DNA of 64,000 nt from a virus (taxonomy: Duplodnaviria; Caudoviricetes), in the IMG/VR virus record IMGVR_UViG_3300017716_001697, positions 32,001 to 96,000 of that record; one strand, given 5' to 3'. The notes beneath the pieces are model-generated. The model was not told the origin of the DNA and ran no database searches. It saw nothing but the letters and a program-made list of their open reading frames with translations. This document shows, piece after piece, positions 1 to 8,392 of the stretch; within the stretch, counting starts at the first letter, position 1; the number at the start of each line of letters is the position of its first letter. The translations under genes were made by a program, and so were the position numbers.

Positions 1-1
1 A

Positions 2-307
2 CGTAAACAGAATACTTCGGCGCCGCATACAGGTGTGAAAGAAGTTGACACTTCTGAACTGATTAATGATGTAGGCATTACCGTACCGGGTTCTAAAGTA
101 GATCAAAAGTTTACTACTGTATACGGATTTGATTCTGAAACTCAGTCACATGTAATTGTGTTACGCTTGGTTGGTGTAAGTGGTGATAAGGTTGTAACTC
201 AACCAATCACTGTAGCAGCAAAACCGACATGTGTGACATGTGGTAGAGTAAATAAGGCAACATCCAAATTTTGCACCGCTTGCGGAACAAGTTTGACTCT
301 GCTATAA
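2..307 (+). CDS. Hypothetical protein with C-terminal double zinc ribbon (5' partial)
   Basis: Frame is open from the window edge; ends in CVTCG..KFCTACG. Confidence 0.7.
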   Translation, partial: RKQNTSAPHTGVKEVDTSELINDVGITVPGSKVDQKFTTVYGFDSETQSHVIVLRLVGVSGDKVVTQPITVAAKPTCVTCGRVNKATSKFCTACGTSLTLL

Positions 308-845
308 TTTAAACACTAGACACTACAAATAACATATACCAAAGTAGCATAAAGAATGCGCTGCGAAAGCAGAGAGCCTGGCAAGAGCATTACCGGTAAG
401 GCAATCTATGTTATTTGTATTGGATAGTGTGTTTAAATATTGAGTTTTATCTTGACTGCATATACATACCGAATTTACTGTTATGTCGCAAACTCAATAT
501 TTAAACACAACCAATACACATGTCTGTAGAATAAAGGTAGTTCGGTAGCTTTCAACTTCGGGTGCTGGTTCGAGTCCAGACAGGCTGCTGTGTATTAGTA
601 TGTTTATAAATTAAGTATAAAGGTGTTATTGCATACCCGTCTTTGAAATGGGTGGATCTACTTAATTTATAAATAGATAGTACCGTGCCAAGGGTGCAAC
701 TTTACCGCTCTTAGATGTAAGGGAGGTGGGTTCAATTCCTGCAACGGTAACCAACACATTGTATCTGGGAAGAATTTACTGATCTCTTATTAGGGTATCT
801 TTAATAATATTGTTGTAATTGTAGGTTCGATTCCTATAACAGTGT
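308..845 (+). ncRNA. Cluster of degenerate tRNA-like elements set in AT-rich inverted repeats
   Basis: T-arm-like hairpins CTGG-TTCGAGT-CCAG, GTGGG-TTCAATT-CCTGC and GTAGG-TTCGATT-CCTAT; 19-bp perfect inverted repeat 429-447/490-508; element 681-753 ends in ACCA. Confidence 0.5.
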
Positions 846-980
846 AATAGACAGGCAGATAAATATAGCTTTAACAAAGGAGAATAAAATGCAATAGGTT
901 TTAAATAACGGTCCACCATAAAATTATTGAATGAGTCAGTAAGAAACACATTTGATTAAATTTTATAAAGGACAATAATC

Positions 981-1352
981 ATGGAATATATTATCAGTAA
1001 AGAAGAGTATCTAAGCGCAACAACAGCTTGGACAAAGATTGCAAACCGTACAGCTACGGATCACATTTTCTACAACGCTCTTCGCGGACACGACCTTAAA
1101 CGCGGTTTTAGTCCAATCAAAGAAAACAGCCCTAAATTAGCAAACGGTGCACAGCCATGGCAAGCATTTGATCAAGCCAAGCAGGACGCACGCTGGTCTC
1201 TACGTGCAAACGAAGGTTTACGCGGTGATACACCGGAACGTACTGCAAGGCGCGAATTAGAATACAAAGATCGTATAGAATCCCTAAGTAAAAAGTTCGG
1301 GGTAACTTTTACTCCAGAGCTAATTAATACATTAAGGGAATTATTAAAATGA
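981..1352 (+). CDS. Hypothetical protein
   Basis: ORF with AAGGA RBS; its stop overlaps the next start (ATGA). Confidence 0.75.
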   Translation: MEYIISKEEYLSATTAWTKIANRTATDHIFYNALRGHDLKRGFSPIKENSPKLANGAQPWQAFDQAKQDARWSLRANEGLRGDTPERTARRELEYKDRIESLSKKFGVTFTPELINTLRELLK

Positions 1353-1669
1353 ATCCATATATCTACACATTCATCCGAGACGACATTTCGCCCGAGCAAA
1401 AGATCGTTCAACTCGGCCACGCAGCGTGGGAGGCAGGTTTGCGATTTAAGAAGCCGAATAAGATTGCAAGTCTTATCCTTTTACATGCAGATGATGAGGA
1501 TGACCTAGAGTCTATAGCACGCGAGTTAGACGAGAAAGGCATTGAATTTTACATGTTTTATGAGCCTGACAACATGATGGGCCACAGTGCTATATGTACA
1601 AGACCCATCACGACAGAATCTGAACGGCAAATATTCAGTAAGTGGGAACTATACAGCCACACCTATTGA
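1349..1669 (+). CDS. Peptidyl-tRNA hydrolase II (PTH2)-fold protein
   Basis: QKIVQLGHAA ... LILLHAD ... FYEPD ... SAICT pattern typical of the PTH2 superfamily. Confidence 0.65.
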   Translation: MNPYIYTFIRDDISPEQKIVQLGHAAWEAGLRFKKPNKIASLILLHADDEDDLESIARELDEKGIEFYMFYEPDNMMGHSAICTRPITTESERQIFSKWELYSHTY

Positions 1670-1694
1670 CAGTAAACAAATGTGCATATACAAT
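1666..1694 (+). promoter_or_regulatory. Sigma70-like promoter upstream of the CUA-anticodon tRNA
   Basis: TTGACA-17 nt-TACAAT. Confidence 0.65.
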
Positions 1695-1704
1695 ATGCAC
1701 ACAT

Positions 1705-1780
1705 GCGCCTTTAGCTCAGTTGGTAGAGCAGCGGATTCTAAATCTGTAGGTCAGGGGTTCGAGTCCCCTATCGCGCACCA
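1705..1780 (+). tRNA. tRNA with CUA anticodon (amber suppressor type); two acceptor-stem mismatches
   Basis: 76-nt cloverleaf; anticodon arm GCGGA-TTCTAAA-TCTGT; T arm AGGGG-TTCGAGT-CCCCT; encoded CCA. Confidence 0.8.
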
Positions 1781-1789
1781 AATTTTACT

Positions 1790-1969
1790 ATGAAGAGTAT
1801 TTTTATACAGCATTTAAGGCAGGACAGATATTACGATGTAGTTTCGTGGTGTGTCATTAATATCGGTCCTTTTAATTTTTGCGCAATGCCGTATATGCTA
1901 GACGAACCGCACGAATTTATGTTTAATAATGACGAGCATGCAACAATGTTTAAATTGAAGTTTGGTTAA
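1790..1969 (+). CDS. Small hypothetical protein (FxF..A..FxLK family)
   Basis: 59-aa ORF read by hand, ending FMFNNDEHATMFKLKFG. Confidence 0.6.
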   Translation: MKSIFIQHLRQDRYYDVVSWCVINIGPFNFCAMPYMLDEPHEFMFNNDEHATMFKLKFG

Positions 1970-1970
1970 C

Positions 1971-2177
1971 ATGTCAACCTTTACGTTATTAGAATCAGAC
2001 CAAGATCAGGTACTGGACTGGTGCAATGATAATCTATCGCCGCTGGATGGTGTTCATAGATTTCAATGGTTTCCATTTTATAGATTGCATAATCAGCCAG
2101 CATTTAGGGTAAGCATAAAATATCCGGAAGATGCATTGGTGTTTGCATTGAGATGGACCGGAGCAGTAAAGGTATAA
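1971..2177 (+). CDS. Small hypothetical protein (same family)
   Basis: Ends YPEDALVFALRWTG; start ATG 1971 follows the previous stop. Confidence 0.65.
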   Translation: MSTFTLLESDQDQVLDWCNDNLSPLDGVHRFQWFPFYRLHNQPAFRVSIKYPEDALVFALRWTGAVKV

Positions 2178-2479
2178 TGTCGCACATGTATTATACACCT
2201 GAATTGAAGCAGAGCCCTGAGCACTTCCGCAATTATCCGGCAAATGTTGATGCACTTAGGGAATATTATTCAGTAAGGATAGAAGTGAGGTGCCCCTATT
2301 GGGAACCGGATGTACAAGCAGAATTTCACAACAGATTGACACAATATCTCTCTGCCCATCTCGTTGAAGGTACATGGAAAGTTCAAATTGTACAATTTAA
2401 AGCATTTAATTATTTCTGGTTTATACACAACGAAGACGCAGTAGCATTTATGTTAAAATATGATGGAAAAAGAGTATGA
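2177..2479 (+). CDS. Hypothetical protein (same family)
   Basis: TAATG-coupled start; ends FWFIHNEDAVAFMLKYDG. Confidence 0.65.
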   Translation: MSHMYYTPELKQSPEHFRNYPANVDALREYYSVRIEVRCPYWEPDVQAEFHNRLTQYLSAHLVEGTWKVQIVQFKAFNYFWFIHNEDAVAFMLKYDGKRV

Positions 2480-2658
2480 ATATAGAACAAGATTTTGCAA
2501 CAGAAGTAAATAAGTTAAATAAGATTGCATATAATCTAATTGCACCTATGCCTGACAGAATTATCTCTCTATGCAGACTGTACGAATTGTACAAGGGTGA
2601 CGTGAAACAGCAAAATACAATTGTGAAACGTATCGAATCAGTAGTAAGAGAAGTATGA
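2476..2658 (+). CDS. Hypothetical protein
   Basis: ATGA-coupled ORF. Confidence 0.6.
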   Translation: MNIEQDFATEVNKLNKIAYNLIAPMPDRIISLCRLYELYKGDVKQQNTIVKRIESVVREV

Positions 2659-3104
2659 CACGCATTAATTTAGTACCAGTTGATACGCTGGCAGATCAGC
2701 ATTTATTTGCAGAATGGCGCGAAATTAAAATGGTACCTGCAGCCTTGCGAAGATCGTTAAGAACTCGTGCAGTGAAAAGTATTCTAAACGGTATTCCGGA
2801 AAGATATACTCTAAATAAGGGTCACGTTACGTTCTTCTTTAACAAGATGAAGTTTTTAACTGAGAGATATGAATTACTCACAGCGGAATTACTGAAACGA
2901 GACTACAATATTGTAAGTAATCATTTTAGTTTCTTTACGTTCGATATTCCTGGCGAATTTAAGGTTGTAGAATGGTTACCGAGCAATAGTGAAATTAATG
3001 TCAATATTGCTCGTATTGTTTTGCGATTAAATGAACGGCCTACATGGTACAGACATTACGGTAAAGTAACTAATCCATCATTCTTTGAAGAGATATATTC
3101 ATGA
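2655..3104 (+). CDS. denV: Pyrimidine dimer DNA glycosylase / endonuclease V
   Basis: N-terminal MTRINLV..LADQHLFAEWREI and YTLNKGHVTFF motifs of the T4 DenV family. Confidence 0.9.
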   Translation: MTRINLVPVDTLADQHLFAEWREIKMVPAALRRSLRTRAVKSILNGIPERYTLNKGHVTFFFNKMKFLTERYELLTAELLKRDYNIVSNHFSFFTFDIPGEFKVVEWLPSNSEINVNIARIVLRLNERPTWYRHYGKVTNPSFFEEIYS

Positions 3105-3493
3105 AAGTAGGGGTCACTGGTACACGCGAGGGCATGAGCCAACATCAAAAAGAGCAGTTTGTTGTAAAATTCTTTGAACTTAATGTTACTGAATTTCATC
3201 ACGGTGATTGTTTAGGTGCAGATGCCGAAGCACATGATATTGTTAGAGAATTTTTTCCTGCTGTGAGAATCATTGTTCACCCGCCACGTTCCTCATATAT
3301 GCGAGCATATAGGCAAGGCGATGAAACACGGCCCCCGGCTGATTATATTCCGCGTGACAAAAATATTGTTAATGAAACAGAATACTTAATTGCTGCACCA
3401 TTAACTGATGCAGAAGTCATAAGAAGCGGAACATGGACAACAATTCGTCATGCTCGCAAAACAAAGAAACCAAACACAATATTGGAGCGATGA
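3101..3493 (+). CDS. SLOG/DprA-like Rossmann-fold protein
   Basis: VGVTGTREG, HHGDCLGAD, RDKNIV and SGTWTTIRHA motifs. Confidence 0.6.
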   Translation: MKVGVTGTREGMSQHQKEQFVVKFFELNVTEFHHGDCLGADAEAHDIVREFFPAVRIIVHPPRSSYMRAYRQGDETRPPADYIPRDKNIVNETEYLIAAPLTDAEVIRSGTWTTIRHARKTKKPNTILER

Positions 3494-3606
3494 TGAGAGA
3501 ACACGAAATAGAACAAATATTGAAGTGGGTAGGATTTTATCCAGGTGCATTGATAACAGAACAAATGCTCCGCGATGCGATTGACTATGCACACAGAATG
3601 GGATAT

Positions 3607-3868
3607 ACAGATGGCTCGCAGTAAGAAACCTACACGAATTGATAAACTTATTGAAAAATGCACGACAACGCATGTCGAATATTTTGATGGTCGCGGCAAT
3701 GTATCTACAACATCATTTGATAAAGAGAAATTTGCTAAGTTAATAATCAAAGAAACTTTAGAGCAAGTATCTGAGCGAACATACGGGCGCGGCGAAAATC
3801 AATGGTATTATAAAGACGACGAAAGATGGATTAAATTACATTTTGGATATGGAGAGTTGGCAAAATGA
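3607..3868 (+). CDS. Hypothetical protein
   Basis: In-frame ATG (MARSKKP) inside ORF 3575-3868; ATGA-coupled to the next gene. Confidence 0.55.
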
Positions 3869-4329
3869 AACTTGATAAAGAATTTGTACACGAATGCGAA
3901 CGTGGCCAACTTTGGTACAAAGATGATGCGGGCAACCACAGTCTACAATATTTGTTTAGAAAACACGGAATGATGGATCTCTATATGGCAGTTATCGAGC
4001 CGTACAACATGTATAGGTGGTATCCGTCTGAAATTTTTAGAGCCATTGAACTCCACACCGGCCGCGCAACAGAATTGTTAGATGCATTCAAAGATTCGCC
4101 TGTTGATTGTTCCGGTTGCGTTACTGTAGCCAAAGTCGATGATACAGACATTGTCTACCGTTTAGAAAAACGTGCAGAAATACGCAGACAGATAGCAACA
4201 CGTAAAAGTGTTCAAGAAGGGAAACCAGATCGTATTGCAGATTTATTAGAGGATGCGGCAAAAGAAATTAAAGAATTGCGTGAAAAGATAACCGGGTTAT
4301 ACGAAGATGCGGCAGGAGCAGATTTATGA
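3865..4329 (+). CDS. Hypothetical protein
   Basis: 154-aa coupled ORF. Confidence 0.65.
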   Translation: MKLDKEFVHECERGQLWYKDDAGNHSLQYLFRKHGMMDLYMAVIEPYNMYRWYPSEIFRAIELHTGRATELLDAFKDSPVDCSGCVTVAKVDDTDIVYRLEKRAEIRRQIATRKSVQEGKPDRIADLLEDAAKEIKELREKITGLYEDAAGADL

Positions 4330-4538
4330 AATATCATTCGTGGGATATAGATGAGCCGATGTATGTTAGTATTAAACACACGGGTGTTGAAGTTATGAGA
4401 ATATCTATATGTGAAATCATCGAAAATTGTAAACGACAAGATGTAATGCGCCACGTAAAAGAATGTGATAGAACACCTTGGTTGACACACTGGGGTGCTG
4501 ATGATGAAATAGTGGATATATTGAAGGGCATAAAATGA
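4326..4538 (+). CDS. Hypothetical protein
   Basis: Coupled ORF. Confidence 0.55.
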   Translation: MKYHSWDIDEPMYVSIKHTGVEVMRISICEIIENCKRQDVMRHVKECDRTPWLTHWGADDEIVDILKGIK

Positions 4539-4729
4539 ACAACACATGGACAACGACAACAGAAGAAGACGCTGATGGCAATGTAATATTGACATTACCA
4601 GAAGAAATGCTAAAACAAGCTGACTGGCGCGAAGGCGATGACTTAGATTTTCAAGTCAATGCAGATGACACATGTACCATTACCAATCTGACATGGCAAA
4701 AGAGACAAGATGAAGGTAAGGTTGCATAA
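4535..4729 (+). CDS. AbrB/MazE-like DNA-binding protein
   Basis: GNVILTLPEEMLKQADWREGDDLDF swapped-hairpin pattern. Confidence 0.7.
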   Translation: MNNTWTTTTEEDADGNVILTLPEEMLKQADWREGDDLDFQVNADDTCTITNLTWQKRQDEGKVA

Positions 4730-4770
4730 ATAGTAGTCTTGCATTATAATTAATGCTTAGTAAGTAATTA

Positions 4771-4855
4771 GCCCCTTTGGCGGAATTGGTAGACGCGACG
4801 GATTTAGGTTCCGTTATCGAAAGGTGTGAGGGTTCGAGTCCCTTGGGGGGCACCA
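4771..4855 (+). tRNA. tRNA-Leu(UAG)
   Basis: Cloverleaf with long variable arm; anticodon loop TTTAGGT; CCA end. Confidence 0.92.
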
Positions 4856-4859
4856 AGTT

Positions 4860-5113
4860 TAAGAATGGCCGGTAGGGCCCGATCGATACAGTGAATTATG
4901 TAATGTGTAAGTATCCATAAGGCATATCGGATATCCTCCGAGGGCTTGCATATTATATCAGCCATGGGGCCAAGTGGACTCTGCAAACGGTTTGCTTGGT
5001 GAGGTGGACAGTGGGAATAATTGGCCCACACTAGCATTATGCGTTCGGCCACGCATGCGCGGACATCGATGCTATAGTGTCACAACGTGAAAAAGCGATT
5101 TTAGCCATTCTTA
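4860..5113 (+). ncRNA. Unidentified structured RNA
   Basis: 10-bp closing helix TAAGAATGGC/GCCATTCTTA, internal hairpins, no credible + strand ORF. Confidence 0.5.
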
Positions 5114-5272
5114 TTTTAGTTTGTTATCTGGGATCAGTATACCGCTATATTTAATTTAATGATATATGTGGAAGCGGTGAGAGTTCGCTTTGTTGTAGGG
5201 TTTTCCCTTACAGAGTTTTGCCGAAGAACACACAAGGGATCCGGAGTTCGGCCGTTTTATTAGAAAGTTTAT

Positions 5273-5443
5273 ATGGAATTTTATAGTAGCAACCTATTAA
5301 CTGCGTTATCCATTGCGATGCGTAAGGCTCGCGAAGAGGAAGCTAAGAGCGGTTATACACGCGATTCTGGATTCGTTGGTGGATTACAGGAATTGTATGA
5401 CGCCATTGAAGCAGGTGACGATATTATTATGTTGAAGAAATAG
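5273..5443 (+). CDS. Small hypothetical protein
   Basis: 56-aa ORF read by hand (MEFYSSNLL...). Confidence 0.5.
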   Translation: MEFYSSNLLTALSIAMRKAREEEAKSGYTRDSGFVGGLQELYDAIEAGDDIIMLKK

Positions 5444-5444
5444 C

Positions 5445-5714
5445 ATGGCCTGGCCTGATAATTTAAATCATGTATATTGCTCGGGGTTTGATAAGAAGCA
5501 TTTGCCTATTATTAAACAAGCAATAGAGGATAAGAATATAACATGGGGCGAAGTCAGTTTATTTGCATCAGCATGCTCGGCTAAATTTGTGTGGTCTGGC
5601 CGTACATGGCAGTTAGAAGAAAGTTTCGAAACAGTAACGAGTATAATACTTATTAGCACAAAACCAAAAATGACAGATGAAGATTTTACAGCAGCAGTGC
5701 TGAAGGGTAGATAA
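5445..5714 (+). CDS. Hypothetical protein
   Basis: 89-aa ORF. Confidence 0.6.
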   Translation: MAWPDNLNHVYCSGFDKKHLPIIKQAIEDKNITWGEVSLFASACSAKFVWSGRTWQLEESFETVTSIILISTKPKMTDEDFTAAVLKGR

Positions 5715-5734
5715 ATAAGTTTTTAAGAATAATT

Positions 5735-5813
5735 CGGAGCGTAGCTTAGTTTGGCTTAAAGCGCCTGCTTTGGGAGCAGGAGATCGTGAGTTCGAATCCC
5801 ACTGTTCCGACCA
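5735..5813 (+). tRNA. tRNA-Pro(UGG)
   Basis: CGGAGCG start; CCTGC-TTTGGGA-GCAGG anticodon arm; CCA end. Confidence 0.92.
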
Positions 5814-5974
5814 ATCTTCGTCTAGCATGTAACGTTAACATATGCCGGTGGCTATAGCACTGTTAATAATGGATAGCGCAGCTAATATCTGTGAGGAAAA
5901 CTGTTCGGCAGATGGAGCCGTCAGGCTGTATCTTAAGAAATTACAGTTATATACTAACATGAAAGAAAATAATA

Positions 5975-6247
5975 ATGAAAATTAATGTAGCACATATTTT
6001 GGTACCGACACTTAAAGAAGCATCGGATTTGTTAGTAAAATTGCAGGCAGGTGAGGATTTTGGTAACTTAGCTAGGCAATATAGTAAGTGCCCAAGCGGC
6101 GCCACCGATGCAGGTAATTTGGGATTCTTTGGCCCTGGTCAAATGGTGAAGCAGTTTGAAGATGCTGCATATGCAACATCGGTGGGTAACATTAGTTTGC
6201 CAGTGCAAACACAGTTCGGTTATCATTTGATTAAACGACTGTATTGA
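5975..6247 (+). CDS. ppiC: Parvulin-type peptidyl-prolyl cis-trans isomerase (PpiC-like)
   Basis: AHILV, FGNLARQYSKCPSG, GNLGFF.PGQMVKQFEDAA and TQFGYHLIK motifs. Confidence 0.93.
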   Translation: MKINVAHILVPTLKEASDLLVKLQAGEDFGNLARQYSKCPSGATDAGNLGFFGPGQMVKQFEDAAYATSVGNISLPVQTQFGYHLIKRLY

Positions 6248-6249
6248 AC

Positions 6250-6465
6250 TTAGGGACGGTTAGTCGAAAGACGCCCTAATCTTTATCTCTGGGGGTCAGA
6301 GACGTAGTTTGCTAACGAGAATGGCATACGAATGATAGGTCGTGAGACTATCTTGATCTCGCTTAAGATCCGAATCTTAGAGACCTGTTATAATTGGTCA
6401 TATGAACAGCTGACACGCAAGTGACGTAAGCAGTCTAAGCAATAAGGTTAACCACCTATAGCCTA
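6250..6465 (+). ncRNA. Unidentified highly structured RNA
   Basis: Series of hairpins with GNRA loops (GTC-GAAA-GAC, GTC-GTGA-GAC, CAC-GCAA-GTG) in an ORF-free gap. Confidence 0.55.
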
Positions 6466-6476
6466 ATTTAAATAAT

Positions 6477-7085
6477 ATGTTTGATAAAATAATTACTGAA
6501 ATAGATAACTTATTGCTGAATTATAAGACAATAGGTATATTTGTGTCTGGTGGATTTGACAGTGCAATGCTATTATATCTCATGCACGAAGAAAGAGTAC
6601 GACTAAAGACACAAAACGTCTTTGAATTTTTTACTGTTCCACGATATGATGATTCTCGGATACATGCAGAAAGAATTATAAATTTCATTGATAAGAAATT
6701 TAATAAAGGCCATACAGCATGGTATGTATTAGGAAACCCCGATGCGCATCACACACAGCAGGTTAGCAGCGGTGTTAGAGCTGTATTAGCACGATATCCG
6801 TATATAGAGATTATAGTAACTGCTGGAAACAACACACCGGATGAAGTGCCTAATGGGCCAATTCGCCCACACCCGTCTATACATCCGAAGATGCGTAAAC
6901 CATTCTTTGACTATACTAAGGATGTTATAGTACAATTATGTATAGACAAGGGGTTGACCGAAATAATGGAATTATCTCATACTTGTACTGAGTCAACAAC
7001 ATTACGATGCAATGTGTGTTGGCAATGTAGAGAGCGAGCATGGGCATTTGAGAAATGTAAATATGTTGACCCCGGAACAATGTAA
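6477..7085 (+). CDS. QueC-like PP-loop ATPase
   Basis: SGGFDS PP-loop and C-terminal HTC...RCNVCWQCRER zinc motif. Confidence 0.7.
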   Translation: MFDKIITEIDNLLLNYKTIGIFVSGGFDSAMLLYLMHEERVRLKTQNVFEFFTVPRYDDSRIHAERIINFIDKKFNKGHTAWYVLGNPDAHHTQQVSSGVRAVLARYPYIEIIVTAGNNTPDEVPNGPIRPHPSIHPKMRKPFFDYTKDVIVQLCIDKGLTEIMELSHTCTESTTLRCNVCWQCRERAWAFEKCKYVDPGTM

Positions 7086-7088
7086 AGG

Positions 7089-7347
7089 ATTTTAGGTAAC
7101 AGGCAGCGAAGAAAGAGATACGCCGGTGAACATGTGGGCAGAAAGATAAATCTAAACCCACCCTATGTTGTCTTTCTTAGAGTATCTCCTCCTGAATGTC
7201 GGGAAAATGCGCAAAAAAGTCACACCGTGAGGATGTGGCGGGAGCGTGGCAAGGTTTGGCTAAGTAACGTAGGGATGAACTCCTACCGAAAACCGTTTGA
7301 GCCACGCCGGTAACTAGATGACCGGTTAGCAAGACATTCACCTAAAT
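7089..7347 (+). ncRNA. Unidentified multi-domain structured RNA
   Basis: Closing TTTAGGT/ACCTAAA; inner TGAATGTC/GACATTCA, GAGATAC/GTATCTC, CGTGGC/GCCACG and CCGGT/ACCGG helices. Confidence 0.55.
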
Positions 7348-7354
7348 TTTTATT

Positions 7355-7702
7355 ATGCACTTCTACATAGACGAACAATATCTTACCAGTATATATGTAC
7401 GTACAGATCATCCTATACAGAAACGTAAGAACGAATCTAAAGCAAGCTTTCTTGTGCGAAAGCTAAAGGAATCTGGCCCACCTGCGTATTCTATCGGGAC
7501 AGCAGATCATCCTGAATTTGCTAAATTGAGAGAAGAGCTCGGGGCACAAGGGTATATACACATACAACGTGGTTGGTGGAATGGTGACAGCGTATTAAAA
7601 CCATTCTGGTTAAATGGCCGTTACTTTAAATTGCATGAACAATTTAGTTGTGGTGCCGCAATGCACTTCACAATAACACATCCATATGATGAAGCTACAT
7701 AG
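7355..7702 (+). CDS. Hypothetical protein
   Basis: 115-aa ORF. Confidence 0.65.
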   Translation: MHFYIDEQYLTSIYVRTDHPIQKRKNESKASFLVRKLKESGPPAYSIGTADHPEFAKLREELGAQGYIHIQRGWWNGDSVLKPFWLNGRYFKLHEQFSCGAAMHFTITHPYDEAT

Positions 7703-8390
7703 TCATTCATACCCCGGTACACCATTTAGTATCGAAGCAGAGTCGGTGGAAAATGCGCCAGGTACCTGGGCTTCCACAAAAATTTCTATATTCCGCAATG
7801 ATGTATTAATTGGTGAATATCTTAGAAATTACAGTAGTCACGGAGTCCTGACATTTCATCCGTTCGTCATTGACAATCAATGGTATGCATTATATAGTGC
7901 GAACTATACGACAACTCGTGTAATGAAATTGCACGATGATTGCATCGAGGACTGGTGTGGCCAGGATGCATTACCTAACGGGTTCTGTCCTATTGAGCTA
8001 TATGTGCCACGCTATAAACGTATTCACGACAGCATTTCTAGAGATGATGGCACTACCTATGAATACAATTATTCTTATGTAGACTGCGATTTTAAGACTG
8101 AGGCAGAATTTGAACAATCTGTTAAAGACGATGGCGAAGCAGCTGAAACACAGTATTGTAATTTTGGATTCATGTGCGGATGTATCTGGGGCGATGATTC
8201 TAGTTGGAAAATTAGATATATCGATCTATCAAGAATACCAAACAAAGAATTAATTATAACTGAAAAATTCGGTCATTGGGAAATGCCCAACAATTTAACA
8301 TTGAAAGAATGCATAGACATGTCGAACTGGGATTTAGATGAGCCCATAATCAGATTGGCAAAAGCTGAATACTTCGACCTCTCCAGATAA
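7686..8390 (+). CDS. Hypothetical protein
   Basis: 234-aa ORF. Confidence 0.7.
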   Translation: MMKLHSHSYPGTPFSIEAESVENAPGTWASTKISIFRNDVLIGEYLRNYSSHGVLTFHPFVIDNQWYALYSANYTTTRVMKLHDDCIEDWCGQDALPNGFCPIELYVPRYKRIHDSISRDDGTTYEYNYSYVDCDFKTEAEFEQSVKDDGEAAETQYCNFGFMCGCIWGDDSSWKIRYIDLSRIPNKELIITEKFGHWEMPNNLTLKECIDMSNWDLDEPIIRLAKAEYFDLSR

Positions 8391-8392
8391 GT

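Noticed and set aside
5820-5940. Twister or hammerhead ribozyme
   Set aside because: The conserved core nucleotides (CUGAUGA..GAAA; CCCAAGCCC..GAGGG-type) are absent.
6250-6465. Group I intron (TCAGAGAC and CAGTCT resemble R/S elements)
   Set aside because: No interrupted gene or exons, and P/Q elements and a terminal G context were not found.
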